In this document: positions 17,685 to 25,749 of the stretch, piece after piece
How positions within the stretch are numbered: position 1 is the first letter of the stretch
Layout of the letters: each line of letters begins with the position of its first letter
Program-made: the position numbers and the translations under genes
The notes under the pieces: model-generated
What the model was told of the DNA's origin: nothing
The model's database searches: none
What the model saw: the letters and a program-made list of their open reading frames with translations, nothing else
Virus record (IMG/VR): IMGVR_UViG_3300049070_000315
Coordinates: 1 to 40,271 of that record
Reading direction: 5' to 3' (one strand)
Origin: a virus
Lineage: Duplodnaviria; Caudoviricetes
DNA length: 40,271 nt

Positions 17685-18344
17685 ATGACGCGCGCCTATG
17701 TATATGCCGATGAAGCCGGCGATATGACCTTCTCGCGGAATAACGCGAGCAAGTATTTCATTCTCTGCACGGTTACCTGCCCGGCGTGTCAGATTGGTGC
17801 CGATCTGTTGGATCTGCGCCGCGACATGATCTGGCGCAACATGCCCGTAAAGGACTACTTTCACGCCACGGAAGACGCGCAGGCGGTTCGCGACGAAGTC
17901 TACGACTTCCTGAAGAACTACAAATTCAGGATCGACGCGACAGTCCTCGAGAAATCGAAGGCGCAGCCGCAGACGCGCGCGACGAAGGAGCGTTTCTATC
18001 AATACGCGTGGTTCTATCATCTGAGGCATGTAGCGCCCCGCATCACTGCCAGTGCAAGGGAAATGCTTATCACTGCGGCGTCCATCGGCACGAAGAAGAG
18101 CCAGGCCGTATTCACGTCAGCGGTGAACGATGTTGTGCAACAAACGCTCCGAATGCCGCGCAACCAGTGGCGCACGCATTTCACGCAGTCTATGGCCGAT
18201 CCTTGTCTGCAGGTTGCGGACTACTGCACGTGGGCGATCCAGCGCAAATGGGAACGTGGCGACGTGCGCTCCTACGATCTCATTAAGGCGTCGATTGCGA
18301 GCGAGTACGATCTCTGGCGCACTGGCACTCAGCACTACTACTGA
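17685..18344 (+). CDS. DUF3800 family protein (RNase H-like fold)
   Basis: ATG 17685 with GGGAG SD. N-terminal YADEAGD and C-terminal LQVADYCTWAI are the characteristic DExG / QxAD motifs; also FHA. Confidence 0.8.
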   Translation: MTRAYVYADEAGDMTFSRNNASKYFILCTVTCPACQIGADLLDLRRDMIWRNMPVKDYFHATEDAQAVRDEVYDFLKNYKFRIDATVLEKSKAQPQTRATKERFYQYAWFYHLRHVAPRITASAREMLITAASIGTKKSQAVFTSAVNDVVQQTLRMPRNQWRTHFTQSMADPCLQVADYCTWAIQRKWERGDVRSYDLIKASIASEYDLWRTGTQHYY

Positions 18345-18346
18345 CT

Positions 18347-18375
18347 GAAAAGGGCGGCTCCAAAGAGCCGCCCTT
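18347..18375 (-). terminator. Intrinsic terminator, U-tract on the minus strand
   Basis: 11-bp stem AAGGGCGGCTC-CAAA-GAGCCGCCCTT, continuing into TTTTC on the minus strand. Confidence 0.6.
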
Positions 18376-18392
18376 CGACCGCGCGTCGGCGG

Positions 18393-18470
18393 AAAAATTG
18401 TGGCCCGCGACACTGACTATCTCACAAGGAGAAGCGCCCAGGGGCTCTTTTTGTCAGGCTAGGGCCACAA
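18393..18470 (-). ncRNA. Putative DUF3800-associated structured small RNA
   Basis: Closing stem TTGTGGCCC/GGGCCACAA, inner stem CTGAC/GTCAG, two small inner hairpins, 3' TTTTT; TATAAT and TTGACT upstream on the same strand. Confidence 0.6.
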
Positions 18471-18472
18471 CC

Positions 18473-18518
18473 ATTATATGCACCGAGTCCGCAATCGAGT
18501 CAAGAACGAATCGTGAAT
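18473..18518 (-). promoter_or_regulatory. Sigma70-type promoter with adjacent LexA-like box
   Basis: TTGACT (18503-18498) and TATAAT (18478-18473), spacer 19 nt (long); GAAC-N7-GAAT at 18504-18518 has one mismatch to the LexA box. Confidence 0.5.
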
Positions 18519-18537
18519 CGCTGCTAGCGCAATAGGC

Positions 18538-18900
18538 TTACTTCGGGTTTCGGTTCCGCTGGCGGTACGATCTTCCGAAAGGCATGAGCGTCACGCCAAG
18601 CGTGCGGGCGATCTGGTTGGAGCTGATGCCCTTCTTGCTGGACGCCAGCAGAAACGTCGCCTGCAGCCAGATATGGAGCTTGATGTGGCTGCCCTCGAAG
18701 ATCGTCCCGACCTTCACCGTGGAGAGCTTGCGGCAGACCTTCTCGTAGCACTTGTAGACGCCGATCCGGGCGGTCTTGCCGGTGAGCGGGCCGAGGGATC
18801 GACCACGCCGCGATGCGGGCAGACGCGCCCGTTCGGCCATACGGGCTTCAACCCAGCGATAGGCCGCTTGCTCATCCCGGAAAGGATCATGCGCGAAAGT
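18538..18900 (-). pseudogene. IS1595-family transposase N-terminal remnant
   Basis: Across frameshifts reads DEQAAYRWVEAR / WPNGRVCPHRG / GVYKCYEKVCRKLSTVKVGTIFEGSHIKLHIWLQATFLLASSKKGISSNQIARTLGV; no DDE domain follows. Confidence 0.8.
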
Positions 18901-18910
18901 CGTGAGCTGC

Positions 18911-19123
18911 TCAGGCGAGGAACAAAATCCTAGAGGAGCCAGCGTCGTTCCATCGGGCGCGGTTCGGAGCCTGCGGGGCCTCGAGGTCGATGCGGCGCTC
19001 GCTCGTTGCGGTCACGGCCTCGGCATCGCCGGACGTCGCCGGCAACGCACCCTCTGCTTCCATCACTGCGTGTGGAAACTCACCGCGGCCGAACACAGTG
19101 AAAGGGAACTTAGGTGCGCTCAT
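18911..19123 (-). CDS. Hypothetical phage protein, C-terminus possibly replaced by the IS insertion
   Basis: MSAPKFPFTVFGRGEFP...PNRARWNDAG resembles a small phage protein pattern (FTVxGxGxFP...PxxxRW); abuts the IS remnant. Confidence 0.45.
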   Translation of the reverse strand: MSAPKFPFTVFGRGEFPHAVMEAEGALPATSGDAEAVTATSERRIDLEAPQAPNRARWNDAGSSRILFLA

Positions 19124-19409
19124 GCCGTAGCGTCTACTACATGCGGACCCAAGGTTGCAACGCTGGTGACAGTACCCCAATTCCAAAAATCTATACTATA
19201 GGAAATCTAGGGTGCCTGCGGTAAAACCGCATATTCTACATAGGAATATCATACTACCCTTTGCGTTGTTGCCCGCTCTGCTTGCTCTATTCTGAATAGG
19301 TCAGCGGCGCACCCCGCCGCGTGACCCTCGCCACCCCTCCCTCGGGAGGCATCGGGAGAGGTGTGTCTAACCCCCGCGGTTTCCGCGGAAACGCTCAGGA
19401 GTGGACCGA

Positions 19410-19994
19410 ATGTCCAAACTGTCAGTGCTGTATGCCGCTGTGACCAAGGCGGCGGGCAAGGTGGAAGCCGCCCAAGGGGAGCTGATGCGCTCCGCCCTCT
19501 CGGCCACCCTTGCCACGATGGTCCTCAAGCGCGAAAGCGCAAGGGGTGCGGTCGAGACGGTCGAGAACACCGCCAAGCTGGCGAAGGGCTCGCTGTCCAA
19601 GGTCGCCAAGGTCGCGGGCAATCTCGCGGATCAATTCCGCTCCACCTTGCCCGAGGACCAGAGCGAAAGCGTCGTGTGCGACGCGGCCGTCACGTTCGCG
19701 AAGGGCGTGCAGGTCTCCAAAGTCTACACGGAATCGACCGCTCCCGCGCGCGAGAAGCGCGAACAAGCGGCCGCGGACCGTGAGGCTGAGGCGTCCCGCG
19801 ACGCGGCCGCCAAGGGTGTCTCTGTGCCTTCCCTGAAGGCTGAGAAGCTGGCCGCGCGCGCTATCGCCACGCTCGGCGCGGCCGCTCGCAACGGCGATAT
19901 GGGCGCCGCCGCGTGCCTCGCGCGGATCATCGACGCCGCTCGCGCGGAAGGTGAAAAGGTCGCCGAACACTTCGCCACCGCGCAAGCCGCGTAA
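19410..19994 (+). CDS. Ala-rich hypothetical protein, first gene of the early region
   Basis: AGGAG SD, ATG 19410, followed by a 10-bp GNRA hairpin. Confidence 0.7.
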   Translation: MSKLSVLYAAVTKAAGKVEAAQGELMRSALSATLATMVLKRESARGAVETVENTAKLAKGSLSKVAKVAGNLADQFRSTLPEDQSESVVCDAAVTFAKGVQVSKVYTESTAPAREKREQAAADREAEASRDAAAKGVSVPSLKAEKLAARAIATLGAAARNGDMGAAACLARIIDAARAEGEKVAEHFATAQAA

Positions 19995-20042
19995 TCCAAC
20001 GGGGCGCGGGGCAACCCGCGCCCCACAAGGGGGGATCTGCCC

Positions 20043-20120
20043 ATGACCTGGGTGTTCCTGATGCTGTTCGTGTGCGCGTGCGCCGGAGCGGCCCTCATCT
20101 TCGCGCATCCGCGCGCCTGA
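20043..20120 (+). CDS. Small hydrophobic peptide (25 aa)
   Basis: AAGGGGGA-type SD; MTWVFLMLFVCACAGAALIFAHPRA. Confidence 0.45.
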   Translation: MTWVFLMLFVCACAGAALIFAHPRA

Positions 20121-20234
20121 ACCCGCCACGCCCGCATCCGCTTCGGATGTGGGTGCGGTTGCGTCCCCCACGCGCAAGCTCCCTCTCCCCGAGAAGCGCG
20201 TGGGGGATAATTTTCCCACCTGGAGTGCAGGACC

Positions 20235-20660
20235 ATGCACGTCGTCGACATCAAGCCCGGCTGGCGCCGAGGCGTGCCGCATCTTGGCGGCTATTCTGAG
20301 CGCATCGCCAATCGCAGGCCCGTGGTCCCGCAACGCCAGCTAGACGGGGCGGTGCAGAAGCACGTGGCTCCGTATTCCGACGACCGCGAGCGCCGGTACG
20401 ACATCGAGCTCGGCTGCTGGGTCGTCATCACGCCAGCGCAACCGCAACCCCGACAAGAGCCTCCACGCCCGTCCGCGCGCCCGCGTCAGCTGGGCGGCCC
20501 GCTTTGGGAGGTGTGGGACCGGCATGGGGTGCGGTTGCGCTGGTCGTTTACTGCGCCTTCGTTTGACGTCGCGCGCGACGAGAAGGAGCGCCTTGCGTTA
20601 GCAACGGGAGAGCGCCCGGGTTGGTATCGCGTGCGTCGCGCGCCCGCCTCATATCGATAA
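20235..20660 (+). CDS. Hypothetical protein
   Basis: 141 aa, GGAG/AGGA upstream. Confidence 0.55.
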   Translation: MHVVDIKPGWRRGVPHLGGYSERIANRRPVVPQRQLDGAVQKHVAPYSDDRERRYDIELGCWVVITPAQPQPRQEPPRPSARPRQLGGPLWEVWDRHGVRLRWSFTAPSFDVARDEKERLALATGERPGWYRVRRAPASYR

Positions 20661-20991
20661 TCGCTATGTGACTATGACAATCGTCATATTTTCTGGTGAT
20701 GGTCGCGCGTCTTTCCCCTGAACGGCTAAATTCCGGGAAAATCTTGCAGCACAAGTGCGCCCTGTGCACAAATTTTCCGTGGAAACCAAGAGCTTGTGAA
20801 CGCAATCGCCCGGCGTGCTTCTGGCACGCCGGGCGATACTGGCTCTCGGGGAAGGAGGACGCCGAGGGAAGCAGCGTCAGCCGCGAATCTAGCGACCCAA
20901 CGTGCGCGAAGCGAACCCACGTCAGCCCGACCTGCACTGAATTTCTGCGACGAGCCCGGCCATAATGGCCCGGCCGTGAGACGGCCCAGCC

Positions 20992-21165
20992 ATGAAAATC
21001 ACAGCCCTCGCCATCGCCCTGTTCATCCTGGCCCAGTTCTCCGACAACACCGAAGTCCGGATCGCGCGCGGCTTCTGCGAGTGCACCTGGCCCCAGGCCC
21101 GAGCACAGTGCTTGCGGGCGAACCTACCAGGGGTAGTGGCCGGCGCAGCCGCCACCCACTACTAA
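20992..21165 (+). CDS. Small hypothetical protein with signal-peptide-like N-terminus (57 aa)
   Basis: MKITALAIALFILAQF...CECTW...; below the ORF track cut-off. Confidence 0.4.
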   Translation: MKITALAIALFILAQFSDNTEVRIARGFCECTWPQARAQCLRANLPGVVAGAAATHY

Positions 21166-21248
21166 TTTTTGGGTGAGTGCTCTTATCTCTCTTTCCCAAT
21201 AGGAAAAAGAGAAATGGGGTATTTTTCCTATAAGGAGGTATAGGACCC

Positions 21249-21827
21249 ATCTCCAAGCACTCAAAAATCGGGCCATCTGACCCTCCGACCACTCACTCGG
21301 AAATCGTCGACGCGACCCAGACCACATGTGTCGCGCGTCGCGGACGCGGGCGTCCCACAATCTCCGTCGCCGCACGCGTCCAGAAGCGTCTCCTGACTGA
21401 CGTCGATGTCGCTGCCGCGCTCGCCGCGTATCCACACGACCTAGACGCTCGCTGCTGGCTCTTGCCCGAAGGCCAAGGTCGTGACCCCACCATCGCCCGC
21501 CGCCTAGGTTTGGGCATTCGGCTGCGCCCCAAGGTCGGGAACGTGCCGGCCGTCGTCGCCCTGTGGTCCGAGATCGCCGGCCAGGACCTTGCCGGCCTCG
21601 TGACACCGCGCGCGCTCTGTGACGAGTGGACGTGCTGCAATCCGTATCACTTCAGCTACGAGATCCTGCGGCCGCACGACGTGCACCCACGTCTTGAGAG
21701 CAGCTTCGGTCGCGAAGGTCCGCTCGAGTTCTTGTCCGACTTCACCCTCGACGAAGCCCTCAGCATGTTCGGCGCTGAGCTTGGTGAAGATCGCATTCGC
21801 CAGTTTTACAGCCAGCCGCGCGAGTAG
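21249..21827 (+). CDS. His-Cys box / HNH-like zinc-loop protein with AT-hook; start codon uncertain (ATC 21249 or TTG 21462)
   Basis: Frame open from 21234. Contains RRGRGRP, RCWL and LCDEWTCCNPYHF; TAAGGAGGT SD lies 9 nt before the in-frame ATC. Confidence 0.5.
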   Translation: MSKHSKIGPSDPPTTHSEIVDATQTTCVARRGRGRPTISVAARVQKRLLTDVDVAAALAAYPHDLDARCWLLPEGQGRDPTIARRLGLGIRLRPKVGNVPAVVALWSEIAGQDLAGLVTPRALCDEWTCCNPYHFSYEILRPHDVHPRLESSFGREGPLEFLSDFTLDEALSMFGAELGEDRIRQFYSQPRE

Positions 21828-21976
21828 CCCGGCGCGCACGTCCTCCTGACGTTTGCTCACGCTCAAGCCTCCACGCGTGCAGCATCCCATCAGATCACGG
21901 AGGCCCACCATGACCAAGTGATCCACGCGGCCACGCTCTCCGGAGCGTGGCCGCAACCAATTCTGAGGCTGAACCT

Positions 21977-22117
21977 ATGTTGACCGCATACGTCGCCGTG
22001 TTCGACCAGCACGGCTTCTTCATGTACTCGCGCAAGTTCAAGAGCGCGAAATCATTCAGCTCCTTCTGCCAACGCGCTGAGAACTTCGGCCTCAAAGCCG
22101 AACTGATGTACCAATGA
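21977..22117 (+). CDS. Small hypothetical protein (46 aa)
   Basis: GAGG SD, ATGA coupling to the next gene. Confidence 0.55.
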   Translation: MLTAYVAVFDQHGFFMYSRKFKSAKSFSSFCQRAENFGLKAELMYQ

Positions 22118-22413
22118 GGCACATCGGACCGCTCACGCGCGCCGCGCTGATCGACGTGCGCGACGCCCTCGCCGTCGGCGAGATCACGATCAACATGGCC
22201 CGCCTCGACAACGATGAGGACCGACCGGTGTGCATCGCCGGTTGGATGATCCGCCGTCACCCTGAATACCAGGATGAGCACGAGCCGACCGAAGGCTTCG
22301 GCGTGCTCATCATGCCACCTGGCTACCGGACGGAATACTTTTCCGCCGAGCAGGTCATCACGGCCATCGACCGGTTCTTGAGCGGCAGGCCCGCCTCGGA
22401 GCTGTGGTCGTGA
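22114..22413 (+). CDS. Hypothetical protein, paralog family A copy 1
   Basis: INM...CIAGW...MPP...SAEQVITAIDRFLSG. Confidence 0.65.
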   Translation: MRHIGPLTRAALIDVRDALAVGEITINMARLDNDEDRPVCIAGWMIRRHPEYQDEHEPTEGFGVLIMPPGYRTEYFSAEQVITAIDRFLSGRPASELWS

Positions 22414-22820
22414 TCAGCTATGAACTCAAGGGCCGCACGGTCGAAGGTTGGGACGGCCATCTGCTGATCTACGAGCGCACGTTCAGCGATCAATGGGTCG
22501 CCGAATCCGTGATGCGACGACTCCAACGTCAGCAGAACCCGCATCGTGGCATCGGAACGTCAAGCCTGACACTCGGCATCGCCGATCTCGCATACGGCGG
22601 ACCTGAAGAGGGCGGCTGGTACTACGACACGTTCCAGCAGGTGCGCACGTTCACATTCCCGGCCCGCTACCACGAGCGCGCCCATCACTGGCTCGAGCGC
22701 TACTGCCGCATCCAAAACCAAGGCCGACCCGAAATCTCGTCCGTCCTCTCGGAGGGCCGCTACGTGGTGCGCGGCGGCATTGCCTCCCACGAACCCAAAA
22801 CCAGGCCGCGCTACTCATGA
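22410..22820 (+). CDS. Hypothetical phage protein (YGGPEEGGWYYD motif)
   Basis: GTGA/ATGA coupling on both sides. Confidence 0.65.
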   Translation: MISYELKGRTVEGWDGHLLIYERTFSDQWVAESVMRRLQRQQNPHRGIGTSSLTLGIADLAYGGPEEGGWYYDTFQQVRTFTFPARYHERAHHWLERYCRIQNQGRPEISSVLSEGRYVVRGGIASHEPKTRPRYS

Positions 22821-23104
22821 AACCGACACGCAAGCACTTTGAGCAGGTGCGCGACTCCCTGCGCGCTGGAACGCTCGACTTCGACATGGACTCGATCAGC
22901 GGATGCATCGGCTTCCACGTCTATCGAGCCGCGAACCCATCAGCGCCCGCGAGCGAGGCTGAGAGATTCGTCATCGACAACCGCCGCGAAGAGCTCTTCT
23001 GGCCGGCGAACCGCCGCTGCGACTCCATCTCCGCGGAAGAGGCAGCGACGGGCATCGACAACTGGCTGGCCACCGGTGACCCGAAATGGCAGTGCGGCAC
23101 TTGA
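22817..23104 (+). CDS. Hypothetical protein, paralog family A copy 2
   Basis: FDM...CIG...LFWP...ISAEEAATGIDNWLATGDPKW. Confidence 0.65.
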   Translation: MKPTRKHFEQVRDSLRAGTLDFDMDSISGCIGFHVYRAANPSAPASEAERFVIDNRREELFWPANRRCDSISAEEAATGIDNWLATGDPKWQCGT

Positions 23105-23232
23105 AGCGCCGCATCGACAGCGTGAAGCGCCGCATAGCCGCACTGCGCGACGCCAGCGAACTCGGTGACCACGCCGATGACGCCGTGGAAAGCCTCACGA
23201 ATGCGGCCGACCGCCTGTCGGAGCTGGTCTGA
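23086..23232 (+). CDS. Small coiled-coil protein (48 aa)
   Basis: Fills the gap between coupled genes; TGATG overlap with the next gene. Confidence 0.45.
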   Translation: MAVRHLKRRIDSVKRRIAALRDASELGDHADDAVESLTNAADRLSELV

Positions 23233-23378
23233 TGACCAAGTTCGACCAGTTCGGGTCCATCTATTTCATGAACCGCAAGGTGCTGTGGATCTTCGAGGTC
23301 AATGGCGGCGACTGGCAAGCGGCCAACTGGATGGCGTTCAAGCTCACGCACTTCTCCGAGAAGGGGCTCCTCCTATGA
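23232..23378 (+). CDS. Small hypothetical protein (48 aa)
   Basis: Coupled at both ends; MTKFDQFGSIYFMNRK... Confidence 0.5.
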   Translation: MTKFDQFGSIYFMNRKVLWIFEVNGGDWQAANWMAFKLTHFSEKGLLL

Positions 23379-23611
23379 AGTTCATCTGGGAAGAGAGCGA
23401 CATCAAACCCGGTCGCGTCGTCGGCAAATCACCAAACGTCGGCTGCTGGATCATCGGCTACATCCCCGATCCGCACGCCTACACACTCATCAGCCTCGAC
23501 GACGGCATGGTGCAGCCACCCAAGACCGCCGCAGAGCTCGCCACGCATCTCACAGCGAGCCTGATGAAACCCATTCGCTCCAAGGTGTACGATGGCACTG
23601 AACAAGGCTGA
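23375..23611 (+). CDS. Hypothetical protein
   Basis: MKFIWEESDIKPGRVV..., ATGA coupling. Confidence 0.6.
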   Translation: MKFIWEESDIKPGRVVGKSPNVGCWIIGYIPDPHAYTLISLDDGMVQPPKTAAELATHLTASLMKPIRSKVYDGTEQG

Positions 23612-23942
23612 GAAGGCGCTGTTCGAAGCGCTCAACGTCGAACTCGCTCTGCGCTGGCCGACGTTCGACGAACCAACGCCGCTCGATCACCAAGAGATCA
23701 AGACGTGGATCGAGACACAGCGCTGCCGCATCCGCCAGGCGTGGACGTTCAACACGCACACCGGTGAGATCAGCCTCGGCTGCACAAGCGGATACGCGCA
23801 CGACCGCCGCAACCCTGACCGCACCAGCACGCAAGGCGGCGGCGGACCTTGGTACGATACGCGCGAGCAAGCGCGTCGTGGTCTGCGTTGGGCGGTGTGC
23901 CGCTCATTCGCACAGAAGCTCTATCAGCTCGACCTCGGATGA
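23592..23942 (+). CDS. Hypothetical protein
   Basis: 116 aa, AAGGTG SD. Confidence 0.6.
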   Translation: MALNKAEKALFEALNVELALRWPTFDEPTPLDHQEIKTWIETQRCRIRQAWTFNTHTGEISLGCTSGYAHDRRNPDRTSTQGGGGPWYDTREQARRGLRWAVCRSFAQKLYQLDLG

Positions 23943-24157
23943 TCGAGCGCTGGGAGGATGACGGCGGGTTCGTACCCGAGACGGACGAAGTTCGTCTGCG
24001 CGAGCAAGACCTCGTCGAGCGTCTGCTGATCCGCGCCCGCATCCGCCGCGCGGACCGATCACGCAAGTCTGTGCAGGAAGGGAAGCGCGACCGCATCGCC
24101 GACCTGCTCGAAGAAGCCGCACAGGAAATCGAGAGGCTGCGAAATGCGAAAGCGTAA
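23939..24157 (+). CDS. Hypothetical phage protein (RKSVQEG..DRIADLLEEAA motif)
   Basis: ATGA coupling; motif recalled from small phage proteins, not checked. Confidence 0.6.
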   Translation: MIERWEDDGGFVPETDEVRLREQDLVERLLIRARIRRADRSRKSVQEGKRDRIADLLEEAAQEIERLRNAKA

Positions 24158-24268
24158 GGACAAACGAGAGCTGCGCCTCCGCGGCGAGAAGACCGGCGGT
24201 CCGAATAAGGCGCCACCGAAGCCATCGTTCCTGATCTTCAAGAACGGCGATCAGCGCAAGGGTCGAGC

Positions 24269-24646
24269 ATGACCTGGAATGTAGGCATGCTCGTCCGCCT
24301 CAAGGTTGAGACGACCGGCGGCGACGAGTTCGACAACGAGCAGACGTTCCCCGTCGGCGCGCAGGGCATCATCTCTGCAATCGACGAGTGCGGCATCACG
24401 GTCGTGATTGAGAACACCATCGTCAACGTGTTCGACGAGACCGACGGAGACTGCTTCGAGGCGATCCACACCAAGACCGTCACCATGTCCGTCACCGAGC
24501 AGGTAACCTATCACGTGCCGATAATGATCCCGGTGTGCGCCGATCCCGCCGAGTACATCGACGAGCATGGTGAGGAGATCTGGGGGAATGCAAGTCAGCA
24601 CGTCCATAAGGTGGAAGAGCTACGCAGCTTCGGGTGGAAGAAGTGA
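24269..24646 (+). CDS. Hypothetical acidic protein
   Basis: 125 aa in the coupled gene run. Confidence 0.6.
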   Translation: MTWNVGMLVRLKVETTGGDEFDNEQTFPVGAQGIISAIDECGITVVIENTIVNVFDETDGDCFEAIHTKTVTMSVTEQVTYHVPIMIPVCADPAEYIDEHGEEIWGNASQHVHKVEELRSFGWKK

Positions 24647-24769
24647 ACCCGATCTGGATCCTGATCGCCTTCATCGTGATCGGCACTGTGGCCGTCTACT
24701 GGCGATGCTGGCGGCGTCGCCCACGGTGGCGCGCCACGAAGCACACTATCGAGAGCATGGAGGCTGAAG

Positions 24770-24994
24770 ATGGTCGCTAAGCTCGACCATCCGACCGTCT
24801 CAGCCGGTGCGCGCACCTGGGTCGACACGCATGGTTTCGAGCTCGTGTTCAGCGGCTCGAAATATGCGCTCTATGCGCTGAAGAAGAACGGCCAGCGTCA
24901 CAAGTTCGCACTCTTCTTCATCGCCCAGGACGACATCCCCAAACTTATCGAGGAACTCCGTGCTCATCTTCCAACATCACATTTATCGGCGTGA
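24770..24994 (+). CDS. Hypothetical protein
   Basis: 74 aa, GGAGG SD. Confidence 0.6.
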   Translation: MVAKLDHPTVSAGARTWVDTHGFELVFSGSKYALYALKKNGQRHKFALFFIAQDDIPKLIEELRAHLPTSHLSA

Positions 24995-25397
24995 TCTGCG
25001 CCTGAACCGGGGCGCGCTCTACGTCTTCGGCGACAACGAAAAGCGTGAGGGCCTGGGTGGTCAGGCGGGTGAAATGCGTGGCGAACCCAACGCCGTGGGT
25101 GTCGCCACTCTGCGTGCACCAGGCCTACCCTGGAACATGTACGAGACGAAGCGTCAGTGCGGTGTCGTCGACAACGATCTGATCCCCGTCGTCAATGCTT
25201 TGCTGCTGGGTGGCACCGTGATCTTCCCGAGCGACGGCATCGGCACCGGCTTGGCCAACCTGGCGCAACACGCTCCCGACACGTTCCAGCATGTGCAACG
25301 TCGCACGCGGCAGCTCGGCTACCTGCCGATAATCAACACGACGATCAAATGCGTCGGCGAGCTCGACTGGATCATGACCCGGACGGGAGTGGACTGA
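24960..25397 (+). CDS. Conserved phage protein, possibly macrodomain-like
   Basis: YVFGDN...GLGGQA...RGEPNAVGVAT and IFPSDGIGTGLA recall macrodomain N..GGG and P.IGTG loops. Confidence 0.55.
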   Translation: MLIFQHHIYRRDLRLNRGALYVFGDNEKREGLGGQAGEMRGEPNAVGVATLRAPGLPWNMYETKRQCGVVDNDLIPVVNALLLGGTVIFPSDGIGTGLANLAQHAPDTFQHVQRRTRQLGYLPIINTTIKCVGELDWIMTRTGVD

Positions 25398-25690
25398 TGC
25401 TTCTGCTGCAGCGCTACTACGGCGTTCGTCACAAGGACCAGGTCACACCGCTCTTTGTCTTCACCGACCCTGAGAAGGCGAAGGAGACGATGCGCGAGTG
25501 CATGCGTCAGCAGCGGGCGTTCAACAAGGCCAAGCGTGTGGCGCGCGAGCACTGCAGCGCAACACAAAATTGGAACAACTACGGCGCCGAAGTCGACAAG
25601 CTCATCGCTGAGCATCTGAAGCTCGACCCAACCCTCGACCGCTACCGGGTGCGCGGCCGCTACGAGATCCTTGAGGTGCCCGAGCTATGA
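25397..25690 (+). CDS. Hypothetical protein
   Basis: TGATG coupling, 97 aa. Confidence 0.6.
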   Translation: MLLLQRYYGVRHKDQVTPLFVFTDPEKAKETMRECMRQQRAFNKAKRVAREHCSATQNWNNYGAEVDKLIAEHLKLDPTLDRYRVRGRYEILEVPEL

Positions 25691-25749
25691 CGATCTCCCC
25701 AGCGACTTCCTGTGGATTAGAAGGAAATCAAAGGATTAGGTGGCGAAGA

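Noticed and set aside
18538-18900. Active IS1595 element
   Set aside because: Frameshifts, a lost zinc-ribbon Cys and no catalytic domain; terminal repeats not identified.
18920-18934. Third LexA box (GAACAAAATCCTAGA)
   Set aside because: Only one half-site matches.
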